Below, in pieces: positions 29,319-39,554 of a DNA stretch of 47,498 nucleotides; position 1 is the stretch's first letter; each line of letters begins with the position of its first letter. The stretch covers positions 1 through 47,498 of the forward strand of contig VBLT01000106.1 in the NCBI GenBank assembly GCA_005878615.1. Reading direction: 5' to 3'. The position numbers were made by a program, and so were the translations under genes. The notes below the pieces were generated by a model that was given only the letters and a program-made list of their open reading frames with translations, was not told the origin of the DNA and ran no database searches. Source of the stretch: Methanobacteriota archaeon. Its GTDB lineage: Archaea; Thermoplasmatota; Thermoplasmata; RBG-16-68-12.

Positions 29319-30695
29319 TCACGCCTGAGGTTGCGGGTAGAGGTAGCACGCGACCGAGTGACCGGGCGACACCTCGACCCAGGCCGGCTCCAGGGGCGGA
29401 GGAAATTCGAGGACGATCGACCCCTCTTCGAGGACGACCTCCCGGATCGCCTGGAAGGCCATCCCGCCCGCCTCGGCCGCCCGGCCTCGGACGAGGTCGG
29501 CGACGACTTGCCGTTGCGCCTCGCTCGGTCGCGATCCGCCGAAGAGCAGCCTCAGGCGATTTCCTTCCATAGAGACCTCGGAAAGGGCCGGTAGCGTCGA
29601 CGCGTGAGGGTTCCGGGAAGAGTCGAACAGATAGGCCGTTGCGGAGGCGGCGTCGCGCGGGCTCCAACCGCAGTGAGGCATGACCGCATTGCATCGGGTG
29701 TGGAAACGGCAGCCCGTCGGAGGGTCCACGGGGCTCGGCACGTCGCCGGGAAGCAGGATCTTCTCCCGTCGCCTCTTCGGGTCCGGCACAGGGACCGCGG
29801 ACAGCAACGCTTTCGTGTACGGATGCAGGGGGGACTCGAACAGCTCGCGCGTCGGGGCCTCTTCGACGATCCGGCCCAGATACATCACCGCGACCCGGTC
29901 GGCCATGTGGCGCACGACGCTCAAGTTGTGCGTGATCAGGAGATAGGTGAGGCCCTGCCGTCGCTGGATGTCCTTGAGCAAGTTGAGGATCTGGGCCTGC
30001 ACCGAGACATCGAGGGCGCTCGTCGGCTCGTCGAGCAGGAGGAATTCCGGCTCGGGGGCGAGGGCTCGGGCGATCGCGATCCGCTGCCGCTGGCCGCCGG
30101 AGAACTCGTGGGGGAACCGGTACAGGTGGTCCGGCCGCAGGCCGACCTCTTGGAGCAGCTGGGCGACGCGCTCCATCGCCTCGGGTCGGGTCATCTGGTT
30201 GTTGATGAGGATCGGCTCCGCGAGGATGTCCTTCACGAGCATCCGCGGATCGAGAGAGGTGAAGGGATCCTGGAATACCGGTTGCATCCGCCTCCGAAAC
30301 GGCTTGAAGGCCCGGGTCCGGAGGCGGGTGATCGCGTAGGGATCGAGGCCGTCCCCTTGAGGTCCCTTCGGACTACGCATCGCACCATCTTCCTCCGCGG
30401 TCCGCTGCCAGCGGTCTCTCGCGCTCGCGTACAGATTCGCGGGAACGTTAAACAGGACCTCGCCGGACGTCGGAGGGATGAGCCGCAACAGGAGTCGTCC
30501 GAGCGTGGTCTTCCCGCAGCCGCTCTCCCCGACGAGCGCGAGGGTCTCCCCGCGGCGAACGAACAGATCGACCCCGTCGACCGCCCGGACCTGGGCGATC
30601 GTCCGGCGGAGGACTCCGCCCTTCACCGGAAAGTGCTTCTTCAAGCCCACGGCGCCGACGAGGATCTCATGCGCCTGCCGGTCGCTCGGTAGCAC
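29319..30695 (-). CDS. oppF: oligopeptide/dipeptide ABC ATP-binding protein (OppF/DppF)
   Basis: [41 protein letters not shown]...VACY. Confidence 0.93.
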   Translation of the reverse strand: MLPSDRQAHEILVGAVGLKKHFPVKGGVLRRTIAQVRAVDGVDLFVRRGETLALVGESGCGKTTLGRLLLRLIPPTSGEVLFNVPANLYASARDRWQRTAEEDGAMRSPKGPQGDGLDPYAITRLRTRAFKPFRRRMQPVFQDPFTSLDPRMLVKDILAEPILINNQMTRPEAMERVAQLLQEVGLRPDHLYRFPHEFSGGQRQRIAIARALAPEPEFLLLDEPTSALDVSVQAQILNLLKDIQRRQGLTYLLITHNLSVVRHMADRVAVMYLGRIVEEAPTRELFESPLHPYTKALLSAVPVPDPKRRREKILLPGDVPSPVDPPTGCRFHTRCNAVMPHCGWSPRDAASATAYLFDSSRNPHASTLPALSEVSMEGNRLRLLFGGSRPSEAQRQVVADLVRGRAAEAGGMAFQAIREVVLEEGSIVLEFPPPLEPAWVEVSPGHSVACYLYPQPQA

Positions 30696-32196
30696 GGGAA
30701 CCCCCTTCCTCGTAGAGGAAACACGCGACGCGGCGGCTCTCCCCCTGGGGGAGCAAGCGAGGCTCCTCCGTCTTGCATCGCGCGAACGCATATTTGCAGC
30801 GAGGATGGAACCGGCAGCCGGACGGCGGGCTCAGGAGATCCGGCACCGTCCCCGCGATCGTCGGCAACGGCGCGTCAGTGGGCACCTCCTTGTCGAGGGA
30901 GACGATCGATTCGAGCAATCCTTCGGTGTATGGATGTAACGGATGCGCAAAGAGGTCGCCGACCGGCGCCTCCTCGACGATCTTGCCGGCATACATGACC
31001 GCGACCCGATCACACAATTCCGCGATCACCGCGAGGTCGTGGGTGATGTAGAGGATCGACGAATGGATCCGCTCCCGGAGGTCCCGGACCAGGGTAAGGA
31101 TCTGGGCCTGGGTCGTCACGTCGAGCGAGGTCGTCGGCTCGTCGGCAATCATGAGGGCCGGATCGCAGGCGAGCGCCATCGCGATCATCACCCGTTGCTG
31201 CATGCCGCCGCTGAGCTCGTGCGGGTACTCGTTGTACACTTTGTGAGGCTCCGAGATCCGCACGTTCTTCAGCTGTTCGAGTACGCGGCGGCGGGCCTCT
31301 TCCTCGATCGGCCGCATCAGGATTCGACGGAGGACCGGGATCGACATGACGAGACGGAAGAGGGCCTGGCGCGACCGGAACTGCGCTTGGGCTGCAAGCC
31401 GGCGACGATCGTCCTCTGAGGACGCGACCCCGGAGAGGACGCGCCATTCTCGCGTTATCCATTCCGACTCGAGGACGTCGAGTTCGCGGGCGAGCCGAAG
31501 GAACCATGCATGGCGAGTCTTCGTACGTTCCGAGAGGCGTCGGATCCTCGCGAGGCGTTCCTCCATCTGGAGGCCGGACCGATCGATGATCGCGGCGACC
31601 TTCTCCACCGGGAGGGCAGTCTGTAGACAGAAGTCGGCGAGGAGTCGCTCCCGCTGCGCCGCATCGGGATGCGTGACCGCCTCCTTGAACAGCTCGAGGT
31701 CCTCGTCGGTGATCTCTCTCCGAGCGAGCAGGCGGTCGCAGATCACCTTCCGCCGCTGGTAGATCAGGACCTCCGCGATCTGGTAGCCCACCGGCAGGAC
31801 CGGGTTCAAGGAAGACATCGGTTCCTGGAAGATCATCGAGACCTCGCGGCCGCGGATCTTGGCCATCCGCGCGCGGTGCCTCCGGAGGGCCGTGTCGTTC
31901 CGGACGAGCTTCGGCTTGCCGCCGAGTCCGCGGCGCACGGTCGCCTCGTTCTCGCTCCCCGCGAGGAGGTTGATCCCGCGGAACCAAATGGCGCCCGAGG
32001 CGATCCGGCCGGGCGGGGTCGGGATCAGGTACATGATCGAGAGCGCGGTGACGGACTTCCCGCACCCGCTCTCGCCGACCAGGCCGAGGACTTCCCCCTC
32101 CTGGATGTCGAAGTCGACGCCGTCCGCGGCCCGGATCACCCCGCGGGGCGTCAGGAACTCCGTCTGCAATCCCTGGACGGACAGCAAGGGGGACAG
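30667..32196 (-). CDS. oppD: oligopeptide/dipeptide ABC ATP-binding protein (OppD/DppD) with large insertion
   Basis: [42 protein letters not shown]; start CTG 32196 or TTG 32187. Confidence 0.93.
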   Translation of the reverse strand: MSPLLSVQGLQTEFLTPRGVIRAADGVDFDIQEGEVLGLVGESGCGKSVTALSIMYLIPTPPGRIASGAIWFRGINLLAGSENEATVRRGLGGKPKLVRNDTALRRHRARMAKIRGREVSMIFQEPMSSLNPVLPVGYQIAEVLIYQRRKVICDRLLARREITDEDLELFKEAVTHPDAAQRERLLADFCLQTALPVEKVAAIIDRSGLQMEERLARIRRLSERTKTRHAWFLRLARELDVLESEWITREWRVLSGVASSEDDRRRLAAQAQFRSRQALFRLVMSIPVLRRILMRPIEEEARRRVLEQLKNVRISEPHKVYNEYPHELSGGMQQRVMIAMALACDPALMIADEPTTSLDVTTQAQILTLVRDLRERIHSSILYITHDLAVIAELCDRVAVMYAGKIVEEAPVGDLFAHPLHPYTEGLLESIVSLDKEVPTDAPLPTIAGTVPDLLSPPSGCRFHPRCKYAFARCKTEEPRLLPQGESRRVACFLYEEGGSRATERPAGA

Positions 32197-32200
32197 TCCC

Positions 32201-33157
32201 TCACCTCCGGAGCCTCGGGTCGAGGACGTCGCGCAGGCCGTCCCCCAGCAGGTTGACGCCCACGGTAAAGATCACGAGCGCGAGCCCCGGGAATAGGATC
32301 GTCCACGGATACGATGTGGGCTCGCTGCCGAACCCGTAGAAGATGAGGGCCCCGAGTTCCGGCAGGTATCCGCTGTGTGGGACGAAGCCGATGAAGATCA
32401 ACGCGGCGAAGATCTGGATGACGACGCCCAGGTCCAGGGACACCTGAACGAAGACGGGGGCCAGCGTGTTCGGCAAGATGTGGCGGAACATGATCCGCAG
32501 ATCCGATGCGCCGGCCGCGCGCGCCGCCTCGACGAACATGTTCGCCTTCACGGCCAGGACCTGCGAGCGGACGAGCCGCGCGTACGGGGGCCACCAGAGG
32601 ATCAGAAGCGAGAGGTTCAGCGTCGTGAAGTCCCGGGAGATGACGTAGGCCACCGCGATCGCGAAGACGAGGAACGGGATCGAATAAGCGACGTCCGTCG
32701 AGCGCATGAGCCCTTCGTCGAAGAGGCCGCCTTTGTACCCGGCGACGAGTCCGACAAGCATGCCGACGATCGCGCCGCCGAGGACGACGATGCTCGAGTA
32801 GTAAAGGTCGATGCGGATCGCCTTGAAGATTGCCATGCCGAGATCGATTCCCGGATAGGTGGTGCCGAACCAGGAGCCTGGCGTCCCGTTGCCCCACCAC
32901 CAGGGCGGCTGGGGGTACGCGGTCGTGAAGTTCGTCTGGAGGACGTCCCGGTCCGGCAGGAACGACGCCGCGATCGCGATGCCGACGTACAGGAGCGTGA
33001 TCAGGAGGCCGGCGGCCGCGAGCGGGCGCTTCAGGAGAAGGCGCAAGGTGAGGGAGTACTCGTCGAGCCTCCGACGCAACCCGCGCCAGAGCTCGGCCCT
33101 CCCGCTCGCGCTCCGGATCCCGCGGCGGACCTCGACATGGGCTCCCATGTTCCTCAC
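32201..33157 (-). CDS. oppC: peptide ABC permease (OppC/DppC)
   Basis: FGT..PG.D, EAARAAGAS..RIMFRHILPN (EAA motif), NLLGDGLRDVLDPR. Confidence 0.93.
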   Translation of the reverse strand: MRNMGAHVEVRRGIRSASGRAELWRGLRRRLDEYSLTLRLLLKRPLAAAGLLITLLYVGIAIAASFLPDRDVLQTNFTTAYPQPPWWWGNGTPGSWFGTTYPGIDLGMAIFKAIRIDLYYSSIVVLGGAIVGMLVGLVAGYKGGLFDEGLMRSTDVAYSIPFLVFAIAVAYVISRDFTTLNLSLLILWWPPYARLVRSQVLAVKANMFVEAARAAGASDLRIMFRHILPNTLAPVFVQVSLDLGVVIQIFAALIFIGFVPHSGYLPELGALIFYGFGSEPTSYPWTILFPGLALVIFTVGVNLLGDGLRDVLDPRLRR

Positions 33158-34215
33158 AGCGTGATCCTGGGGTCCAGGTACGCGTAGATGATGTCCACGA
33201 CGAGATTCGCGAGCACGAGGAACAGGGCGAAGATCAGGGTCGTACCGAGGATCGCCGCGAGGTCATGGCTGATGATCGCGACGGTCGCCCATCGTCCGAT
33301 TCCGTTCCAGACGAACACGTCCTCGACGAGGACCACGCCGCCGAGGAGTCCCGCGAACAGGAGGCCGACGACGGTCGTGACCGGGAGCAGCGCATTGCGC
33401 CGGATGTGCTTGCGGATCACGACGGACTCCGGGAGGCCCTTCGACCACGCCGTCTTGACGTACTCCTGTCCCATCGCGTCGACCATCCCGGAACGGACCA
33501 TCCGGAGGATGACGCCGAGGAATCCGTACGTGAGGGCGAGGGTCGGCAAGATGAGATGTTGGAGCGCGTTCCAGAAGATCTCGCCGTCTCCGTTCAACGC
33601 GGCATCGAGGATGAGGAAGTGGGTCGGTTTCGATTCGAACACGCCGGTGCCGACCAACCACGCGCGCCCGCTCAAGATGCCCGGACTCACCTGTCCGTTG
33701 ATTGGCAACGACGGGACGAACCGGACCGCGAAAATCTGGAGGAGCAGGGCGAGCCAGAAGAGGGGCATCGAATACCCGGTGAGGGCGACGACTCGGGTCA
33801 CGTGATCGGAGATTCGGTCCTTTCGAACCGCGGAGATGGTGCCCAGGGGGATGCCGAGGAAGGTGGCCAAGAACGTCGCCGCGATCGCGAGCTCGACCGT
33901 CGGGGGGAAGAACAGGACCAGGGCCGCGGTGACGGTCCCATGGTACAGTTCCGTGTTCGTGAAGCCCCAGTCTCCGCGGAGGAGGAGTCCGAGGTAGTAG
34001 ACGTACTGAACAGGAATCGGATCGTCGAGATGGAGGAGGGCGCGGGCCGCGGCGATCTGCTGGTCTCTCGGAATCGGGCTTCGTAGGTTCAGGTAGGTCT
34101 CGACAAGTTGATCGACGGGGACGGCGCGGCTCAAGACGAACGTGATCAACGTGACGCCGAGCAAAGTGGGAATTAAGAGGAGGAGTCGACGCACGATGAA
34201 CAGCAGCAGGCGCAT
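33154..34215 (-). CDS. oppB: peptide ABC permease (OppB/DppB)
   Basis: RRLL..IPTLLGV, HLILP.L.L, EYVKTA..KGL, NL.VDI.YAYLDPRI. Confidence 0.93.
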   Translation of the reverse strand: MRLLLFIVRRLLLLIPTLLGVTLITFVLSRAVPVDQLVETYLNLRSPIPRDQQIAAARALLHLDDPIPVQYVYYLGLLLRGDWGFTNTELYHGTVTAALVLFFPPTVELAIAATFLATFLGIPLGTISAVRKDRISDHVTRVVALTGYSMPLFWLALLLQIFAVRFVPSLPINGQVSPGILSGRAWLVGTGVFESKPTHFLILDAALNGDGEIFWNALQHLILPTLALTYGFLGVILRMVRSGMVDAMGQEYVKTAWSKGLPESVVIRKHIRRNALLPVTTVVGLLFAGLLGGVVLVEDVFVWNGIGRWATVAIISHDLAAILGTTLIFALFLVLANLVVDIIYAYLDPRITL

Positions 34216-34362
34216 CGGGTCATTGCGACCATCCCGCGCGGTTGTATATCCTTTGCGCTCTCCCGGCGGAGAGGCCAGTTCCTCGTGCAGGTTTAAGTCG
34301 GTCACGCCTCATGACGACCCGGGCACGCCCACTGTGGGTGGGCCCACCGACGAGGCGCCGCC

Positions 34363-34677
34363 GTGGACCGAGTCCGGATCACCGAAGGACCGCCGACCGG
34401 TTCTTCCCGCGCGACGTTCTCGGTCCGGCATCCCGAAGTCGCCTACGTCTTCGGCGACATGGTTCGAGGATTGTACGTAGTCGGCTGCCTGGCCGCGAAC
34501 CTCTTCGTCGCCTTGCAGGCACACCTATCGCTTCCGACCGCGGACGCCATCCTGTTGCCGCTCCTCGCGGCAGGATTCTTCGCGCTCGCCTATCTCGAAC
34601 TCCGCCTTTATCGCGTCCTCTGGCCCGCCTCGCGCCGGCGGCGAATCGCGCAGATCGTGGAAGGTCGGACTCGCTAG
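34363..34677 (+). CDS. small 2-TM membrane protein
   Basis: 104 aa, two hydrophobic helices and a basic tail; fills the oppA-oppB gap on the opposite strand. Confidence 0.6.
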   Translation: MDRVRITEGPPTGSSRATFSVRHPEVAYVFGDMVRGLYVVGCLAANLFVALQAHLSLPTADAILLPLLAAGFFALAYLELRLYRVLWPASRRRRIAQIVEGRTR

Positions 34678-37502
34678 GGCTCCTCATCCCGCCTTCGGAC
34701 GGCGAGGAGGCCGAGCGTCGCAATCAACGGCGTAATGCCGAATCCTCCCTGGGTGCCCGGGCCTGCAGAACTCGACGTCGCGACGGCACCTTGGATCGTC
34801 CCGGACTTCGCCAGCAGGTTGTAGAGGATGTCCGTCCCTCCGAGCATCGGGTTGCTCTCGAGCGGGATGCCCTGGATCCACGTGCGGTACACGAAGAAGC
34901 TGTACTGCTGCTGGGCGGGCACGTAGATCGTCAGATTCAGCATCGCCTCGCGCTGCGCCTTCCGGGACAGGTCGACGACGACATTGATGTCCGTCTCCGA
35001 CAAAGTGGCGTTGATCCAGTCCGAGATGTTCTGAGCGGCCCGGGACTGGGCGGTCTCGCCGAGCGAGGCGAGATAGCTGATGTTGAAGCCGTTCGCGGCC
35101 GGGTACGTCCCGCCGTATTCCGTAGCGTTGTTGCCCGGCTCGAGCATCGGGTACGTGTAGTCCGTCGGGTACGGGTAGTCGGGCAGCCAGCCGAGGAACC
35201 AAAGGGACATGCGGTTCGCGTGCGGGTTCATCTCCGCGATGATGTCGTGGAACGACATCGTCCGCGTGTTGATCACGATGTTCCCGGTCGGGCCGAGCTT
35301 CTGCAGGTTGTCTCCCCATGAACGGGCCGCGGCCAAGTTCACCGGGTCCGCCGTTGGAACGACGATCGTCAGGGTGAAGGACGCGCTCGCGGGGCCCCCG
35401 TGGCTCGTCACGAACTTCGACGTGTTGTAGTACTGCCGCGCGCGCGCCATGTCGAACACGTTGTAGCTCGAGAGGTTCTCGTACCCGACCATCCCGTTCG
35501 GAATGATCCCGTTAAAGGAGTCCGCGAACTTCGCGTTGAAGTGCTTGTTCTCCACGATGTTGTCGAGGTAGTTCTGGAAGTCGTAGGCGTAGAAGAACGC
35601 CTTCCGCATGTTGAGGTCAGCGAAGAAGTCCCTGGGCACCGTGTTGTCGGCGCTGGGCGCAATCTCCATGTTGAAGTTCCACCAGAACAAGTTGAGCGTC
35701 GGCACGAACTCGATATGGACGAGCCCGTCCGTCTGCATCCGTCGCATCACGTCGAAGCGGTTGCTCGGGTTGTACGTCGTGATGTCGGCCTGACCTGATT
35801 CCAGGGAGAGTTCGCGGGTGGACGGCGATTCCACGTACTGGAGGAACACGCGCTCGACCGTCGGTGCGGGAATCCCGGGCAACGGCTGGAAATTCGAGTT
35901 CCGTTTCATGGCGACCGACTCGCCCGGCACGACGTAGTCGACGGTGTACGGCCCGGAGCCCATTGTCTTGTCCCGCCAGGCAGGGACATAGTTGACGAGG
36001 TTGCCGTACTTCTGGTAGGCCGTGAAACCGGCCGGGGTCCACGCAAGGGCGGGGCCGTTCGCCTCGAGCCATTTCCAGCTCACGATCGAGGAACCGAGCG
36101 GATCGGCGATGATCTGGAACCACAGCAGCGCGGGCACCGACGCCGTGAGGTGGAAGGTGACGGTGTTGCTTGCGTTGTCGACCGACACGGCGTTGTTCAC
36201 GTTGGCGAAGGTCAGGTCCGCAGGGCTGAGGCTCGGCAAGAGGTACTGGGACTGAATCCACCCGCTGGTGCCCGGCGTCCCGAAGACGAAGAGCATCGTC
36301 CGAGTGAAGGAGTACTTCACATCCCACGGTGTGACGGAGGTTCCATCCGCGAACTTCGCGCCGGGCCGAATGTGGAACGTGTAGTTCTTGTGGTCCGAGC
36401 TGATCGAGCCGTCGGTCGTGGACGGGATCTTGTCCGCGAGGACGGGCACGAATGCGTCGGACTTCGTCCCGTCGTACCACAGAAGGGTCTGGTACACGTT
36501 CGCGATCGTTTCGAACCCGACCGATTCGTAGTCAGCGCCCGGATCGAGCGTCGTGTAACTGCCGGTCACCGCCTCCTGGACGACGATCAGTCCCGGATTG
36601 ACGACGCTTCCCGAGTACGTGAGGAGCTTGTACGTCCCCACCGCGATCGTCTGGCCGACCACGGTCGTGCGGATCTGAAACGGCATGACGTTCGTTAGAG
36701 GCGTCGAAGAGCAACCCGAAATGTTGCAGGTGGTCCTCATCGTCTGATTCTGGGTCGCGACCGCCAAGGCCAACTGGTAGATGCCGGCGGAGGCGTAGGT
36801 GTGATTGATTCGGAGCGCCTGGTCCGAAATGTTGATCAGGGGCGCGGCGCCATCGCCGTAGGAGAAGGAGAGCGCCTGGACCGCCCAGGAATAGTTGTCC
36901 CATTGCGTCGTCCCAAGAGACGGCGTGGTTTTAACACTGAAGGCGTAGGACGGGGCTTGCTGGACGCTGCCCACGGCAGCGATCCACTTGCCGGCAGCGA
37001 TGAGGGGAGCTCCCGCCGCCGAGGCCGTCCGGTTGATGGCGATGACCCCAAGGCTGTCTCGGGTGGTAAGGTCCTTTCGAGGACCGACCGTCATGACGTA
37101 GAGGGCATCGAAGTTATTGACGCTCGACCCTCCGCTCAGATTCGCCTGGCTTCCGACGAAAAAGGTCCCCCCCGTCGCGTAGGCATGGGACGTGGACGTG
37201 CTTGTCCCCGACGCCGTCGTCCCGTCGCCGAAGATCCAATTGACGGCGGTCGCGGTGCCACCTGTGATCTTCGCATCAAACGCGACCGCCTCGGTCGCGG
37301 TGGCGAAAACGGTCGTCGTCTCGACCCTCAGGGAGACAGTCTGGCTCCGAAGGAGCAAGTACGCGCCGCCGGCGGCGGAGGCGATGAGGATGACGACGAT
37401 CACGACGATGATCCACTTCCGCCGAGACGACGCCCGCGGAGCGGGCGAAACGGGCGGTTCTGAAACGGGCACAGGCGACGCGGACATGGGTCCTTGCGCC
37501 AA
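34674..37502 (-). CDS. oppA: peptide ABC substrate-binding protein (family 5) with N-terminal PKD-like domains
   Basis: N-terminal TM, WIFGDG and FSYGDG PKD motifs, TLDPG.DYES, GSGPY, GW.PDY..P.DY, C-terminal hydrophobic tail plus RRR. Confidence 0.9.
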   Translation of the reverse strand: MAQGPMSASPVPVSEPPVSPAPRASSRRKWIIVVIVVILIASAAGGAYLLLRSQTVSLRVETTTVFATATEAVAFDAKITGGTATAVNWIFGDGTTASGTSTSTSHAYATGGTFFVGSQANLSGGSSVNNFDALYVMTVGPRKDLTTRDSLGVIAINRTASAAGAPLIAAGKWIAAVGSVQQAPSYAFSVKTTPSLGTTQWDNYSWAVQALSFSYGDGAAPLINISDQALRINHTYASAGIYQLALAVATQNQTMRTTCNISGCSSTPLTNVMPFQIRTTVVGQTIAVGTYKLLTYSGSVVNPGLIVVQEAVTGSYTTLDPGADYESVGFETIANVYQTLLWYDGTKSDAFVPVLADKIPSTTDGSISSDHKNYTFHIRPGAKFADGTSVTPWDVKYSFTRTMLFVFGTPGTSGWIQSQYLLPSLSPADLTFANVNNAVSVDNASNTVTFHLTASVPALLWFQIIADPLGSSIVSWKWLEANGPALAWTPAGFTAYQKYGNLVNYVPAWRDKTMGSGPYTVDYVVPGESVAMKRNSNFQPLPGIPAPTVERVFLQYVESPSTRELSLESGQADITTYNPSNRFDVMRRMQTDGLVHIEFVPTLNLFWWNFNMEIAPSADNTVPRDFFADLNMRKAFFYAYDFQNYLDNIVENKHFNAKFADSFNGIIPNGMVGYENLSSYNVFDMARARQYYNTSKFVTSHGGPASASFTLTIVVPTADPVNLAAARSWGDNLQKLGPTGNIVINTRTMSFHDIIAEMNPHANRMSLWFLGWLPDYPYPTDYTYPMLEPGNNATEYGGTYPAANGFNISYLASLGETAQSRAAQNISDWINATLSETDINVVVDLSRKAQREAMLNLTIYVPAQQQYSFFVYRTWIQGIPLESNPMLGGTDILYNLLAKSGTIQGAVATSSSAGPGTQGGFGITPLIATLGLLAVRRRDEEP

Positions 37503-37643
37503 AGTACCTCCTCCGGACGAGTCCCGCCCAATGCCGTTCCCCTACTCGAAGGTTTTGGCACATCGACCGGAGGGTCCCGCTCTGTCGTACCAATCGGGAC
37601 ATCAAGGCAAAGGATTCAATGTTGCCTATCCATGCGGGTCCCC

Positions 37644-37739
37644 ATGGCGGCGAAGAAGCGCAAGTCGGCCCGCAAGAAAGGGGCCAAGAAGAAGGCGTAC
37701 TACTCGGGACGCAAGGAACGAAAGGCGAAGAAGCGGTGA
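37644..37739 (+). CDS. 31-aa Lys/Arg-rich small protein
   Basis: MAAKKRKSARKKGAKKKAYYSGRKERKAKKR; AAG-dominated codons; AAAGG-ATTCAAT promoter-like element about 24 nt upstream. Confidence 0.6.
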   Translation: MAAKKRKSARKKGAKKKAYYSGRKERKAKKR

Positions 37740-37747
37740 GTCGCTGA

Positions 37748-38554
37748 TCAAAACCTCGGCACGGCCCGCGGGTCGTCGTAGGAGAAAGACTCAAGCCGAC
37801 GTCGCGGCACCGGGATCACGATCCGCGAAACCATCCCATGGAGAGAAAGGGGCAGCCGGATCAGTCGCATCTCGCCGGACGTGACCCATTCATCGATCGC
37901 ATAACGCCGCGCCAAGGAGGCGGCGATCCCGCCCCGCTCCTTGCGGGAGAGCCGAAAGGCATCGGCGTCGAATACATGGACGTGGAACCCGCGGCCCGAG
38001 AACACGATTCGGAGGCGGCTCCAGCGCCTCGCCAATTCGTCGAACAGTTCCGCCGCCTGCCTGCGGATCTCCTCGAATTCCCAATCGCAGAAGGAGAGGC
38101 CCTGGTGACGGGCCATTTTCGCGGCGATGTCGCCATGGATCGGACAGTCGACATTCTCCGGATCCAAGTCGAACGCCAACTCCTGCCCGCGGAAGACTCG
38201 GCTCCTCCAGGCCCGAGCGTAATCGATTCGCGCCTTCCGTGTCTCATCCAGAGGGGCGTACACGTTCCGGTCGTAGTACACGCCCTCGGGAAGGTAGCGA
38301 AGGAGATACGGTCGGAGGTCGCGCACCTCCACGGCGTCGTCGATGATGAGGGGCACATTCTTCAGATGCCGAAATCGCCGCGGGTAGATTCCCGAGTGCC
38401 TTCCGAGGATTAGTGCGAAGACCCGGCCTCCGGCGGGACGTGACATCCACGCGGCGGCGGCATCGTAATCCATCCGTCGCGCGTAGAAACGCCGCCGCTC
38501 CTGGAGCGATGCCGGCCGGAGGTTCCCCGGCATCTCGTATCGGGGGCGGACCAC
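37748..38554 (-). CDS. archaeo-eukaryotic primase, PriS-like
   Basis: AEP motifs ELAFDLD, FSGRGFHVH, ID..V...RLIRLP.SLHG. Confidence 0.85.
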   Translation of the reverse strand: MVRPRYEMPGNLRPASLQERRRFYARRMDYDAAAAWMSRPAGGRVFALILGRHSGIYPRRFRHLKNVPLIIDDAVEVRDLRPYLLRYLPEGVYYDRNVYAPLDETRKARIDYARAWRSRVFRGQELAFDLDPENVDCPIHGDIAAKMARHQGLSFCDWEFEEIRRQAAELFDELARRWSRLRIVFSGRGFHVHVFDADAFRLSRKERGGIAASLARRYAIDEWVTSGEMRLIRLPLSLHGMVSRIVIPVPRRRLESFSYDDPRAVPRF

Positions 38555-38607
38555 GGCAGGACATCCAACGGCGAGGTAAAATGCTCCTCACTCGCGCCCG
38601 ACGGGAC

Positions 38608-39435
38608 TCACGGGAGATCGTCGGGGTTCCACGCGAGGTGGGATCGCTCGTCGAGCGCGTCGAGTCGCGCCATGTCGGCCGACCCGATCTCAAAGTCGAA
38701 GACGTCCGCGTTTTCTCGGATCCGCTCCGAGCGAACCGACTTCGGGATTTCGACGAGGCCATGCTGGAGTCCCCATCGAATGAGGACCTGCGCCGGGGTC
38801 TTGCGGTACTTCGCGGCGATTTCCTTGATGACGGGATGCTTGAGGCGACGCCCGCGGGTGAGCGGGCTGTACGCTTCGAGCTGGATCCGACGGCCCTCGC
38901 AATACTGCAGGAGCTCCCGTTGGTACAGGAACGGATGGAACTCGACCTGATTGACGGCCGGAGGAAGCGGGGACGATTTCAACAGCTCCTCGAGGTGCGG
39001 GATCGTGTAGTTGCTCACGCCGATGGAACGGGCGAGGCCTTGCTCCCTCAACTTCTGGAGCGCTTTCCATGACTCGCCTCGTATTTGAGGGACGGGCCAA
39101 TGGATCAGGTAGAGGTCGACGTACTCGAGTCCGAGTTCCCGGCGGCTCCCTTCGAAGGCGCGCAACGCGGCGTCGAAACCATGGTCGCTGTTCCAGAGTT
39201 TCGTCGTGATGAAGACCTCGTCGCGAGGAATGCCGCTCTCGCGGACGGCCGCTCCCACGTCTCGTTCGTTTCCGTACATCTTCGCGGTGTCGATCAGTCG
39301 GTAGCCGCATTCGAGGGCGGAGGCGACGGCCTTCCGGGTCTCCTTGCCGGCGCCCGCCTGCCACACGCCCAGGCCGAGGACGGGGATCTTCCTTCCATCG
39401 TTGAGCGTGATCCGCGAATCGATCGAGAGGGCCAT
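38608..39435 (-). CDS. aldo/keto reductase (AKR5 / 2,5-DKG reductase-like)
   Basis: GYRLIDTA..YGNE, FITTKLW, DLYLIHWP, SIGVSN, NQVEFHP, IPKS. Confidence 0.95.
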   Translation of the reverse strand: MALSIDSRITLNDGRKIPVLGLGVWQAGAGKETRKAVASALECGYRLIDTAKMYGNERDVGAAVRESGIPRDEVFITTKLWNSDHGFDAALRAFEGSRRELGLEYVDLYLIHWPVPQIRGESWKALQKLREQGLARSIGVSNYTIPHLEELLKSSPLPPAVNQVEFHPFLYQRELLQYCEGRRIQLEAYSPLTRGRRLKHPVIKEIAAKYRKTPAQVLIRWGLQHGLVEIPKSVRSERIRENADVFDFEIGSADMARLDALDERSHLAWNPDDLP

Positions 39436-39554
39436 GGCCCGCGCTGACGTCCTGCGCGCTACTTGAATCTTGACCGGACCGGGCGGCGCCGAAAATCGAT
39501 GAGGATTTTGGCGAACTTGAAAGGGCCGCGAGCGCTTCCCGACTAGAGGTCAAG

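Noticed and set aside
31300-31770. Intein in OppD
   Set aside because: No C/S start, His-Asn end or LAGLIDADG motifs.
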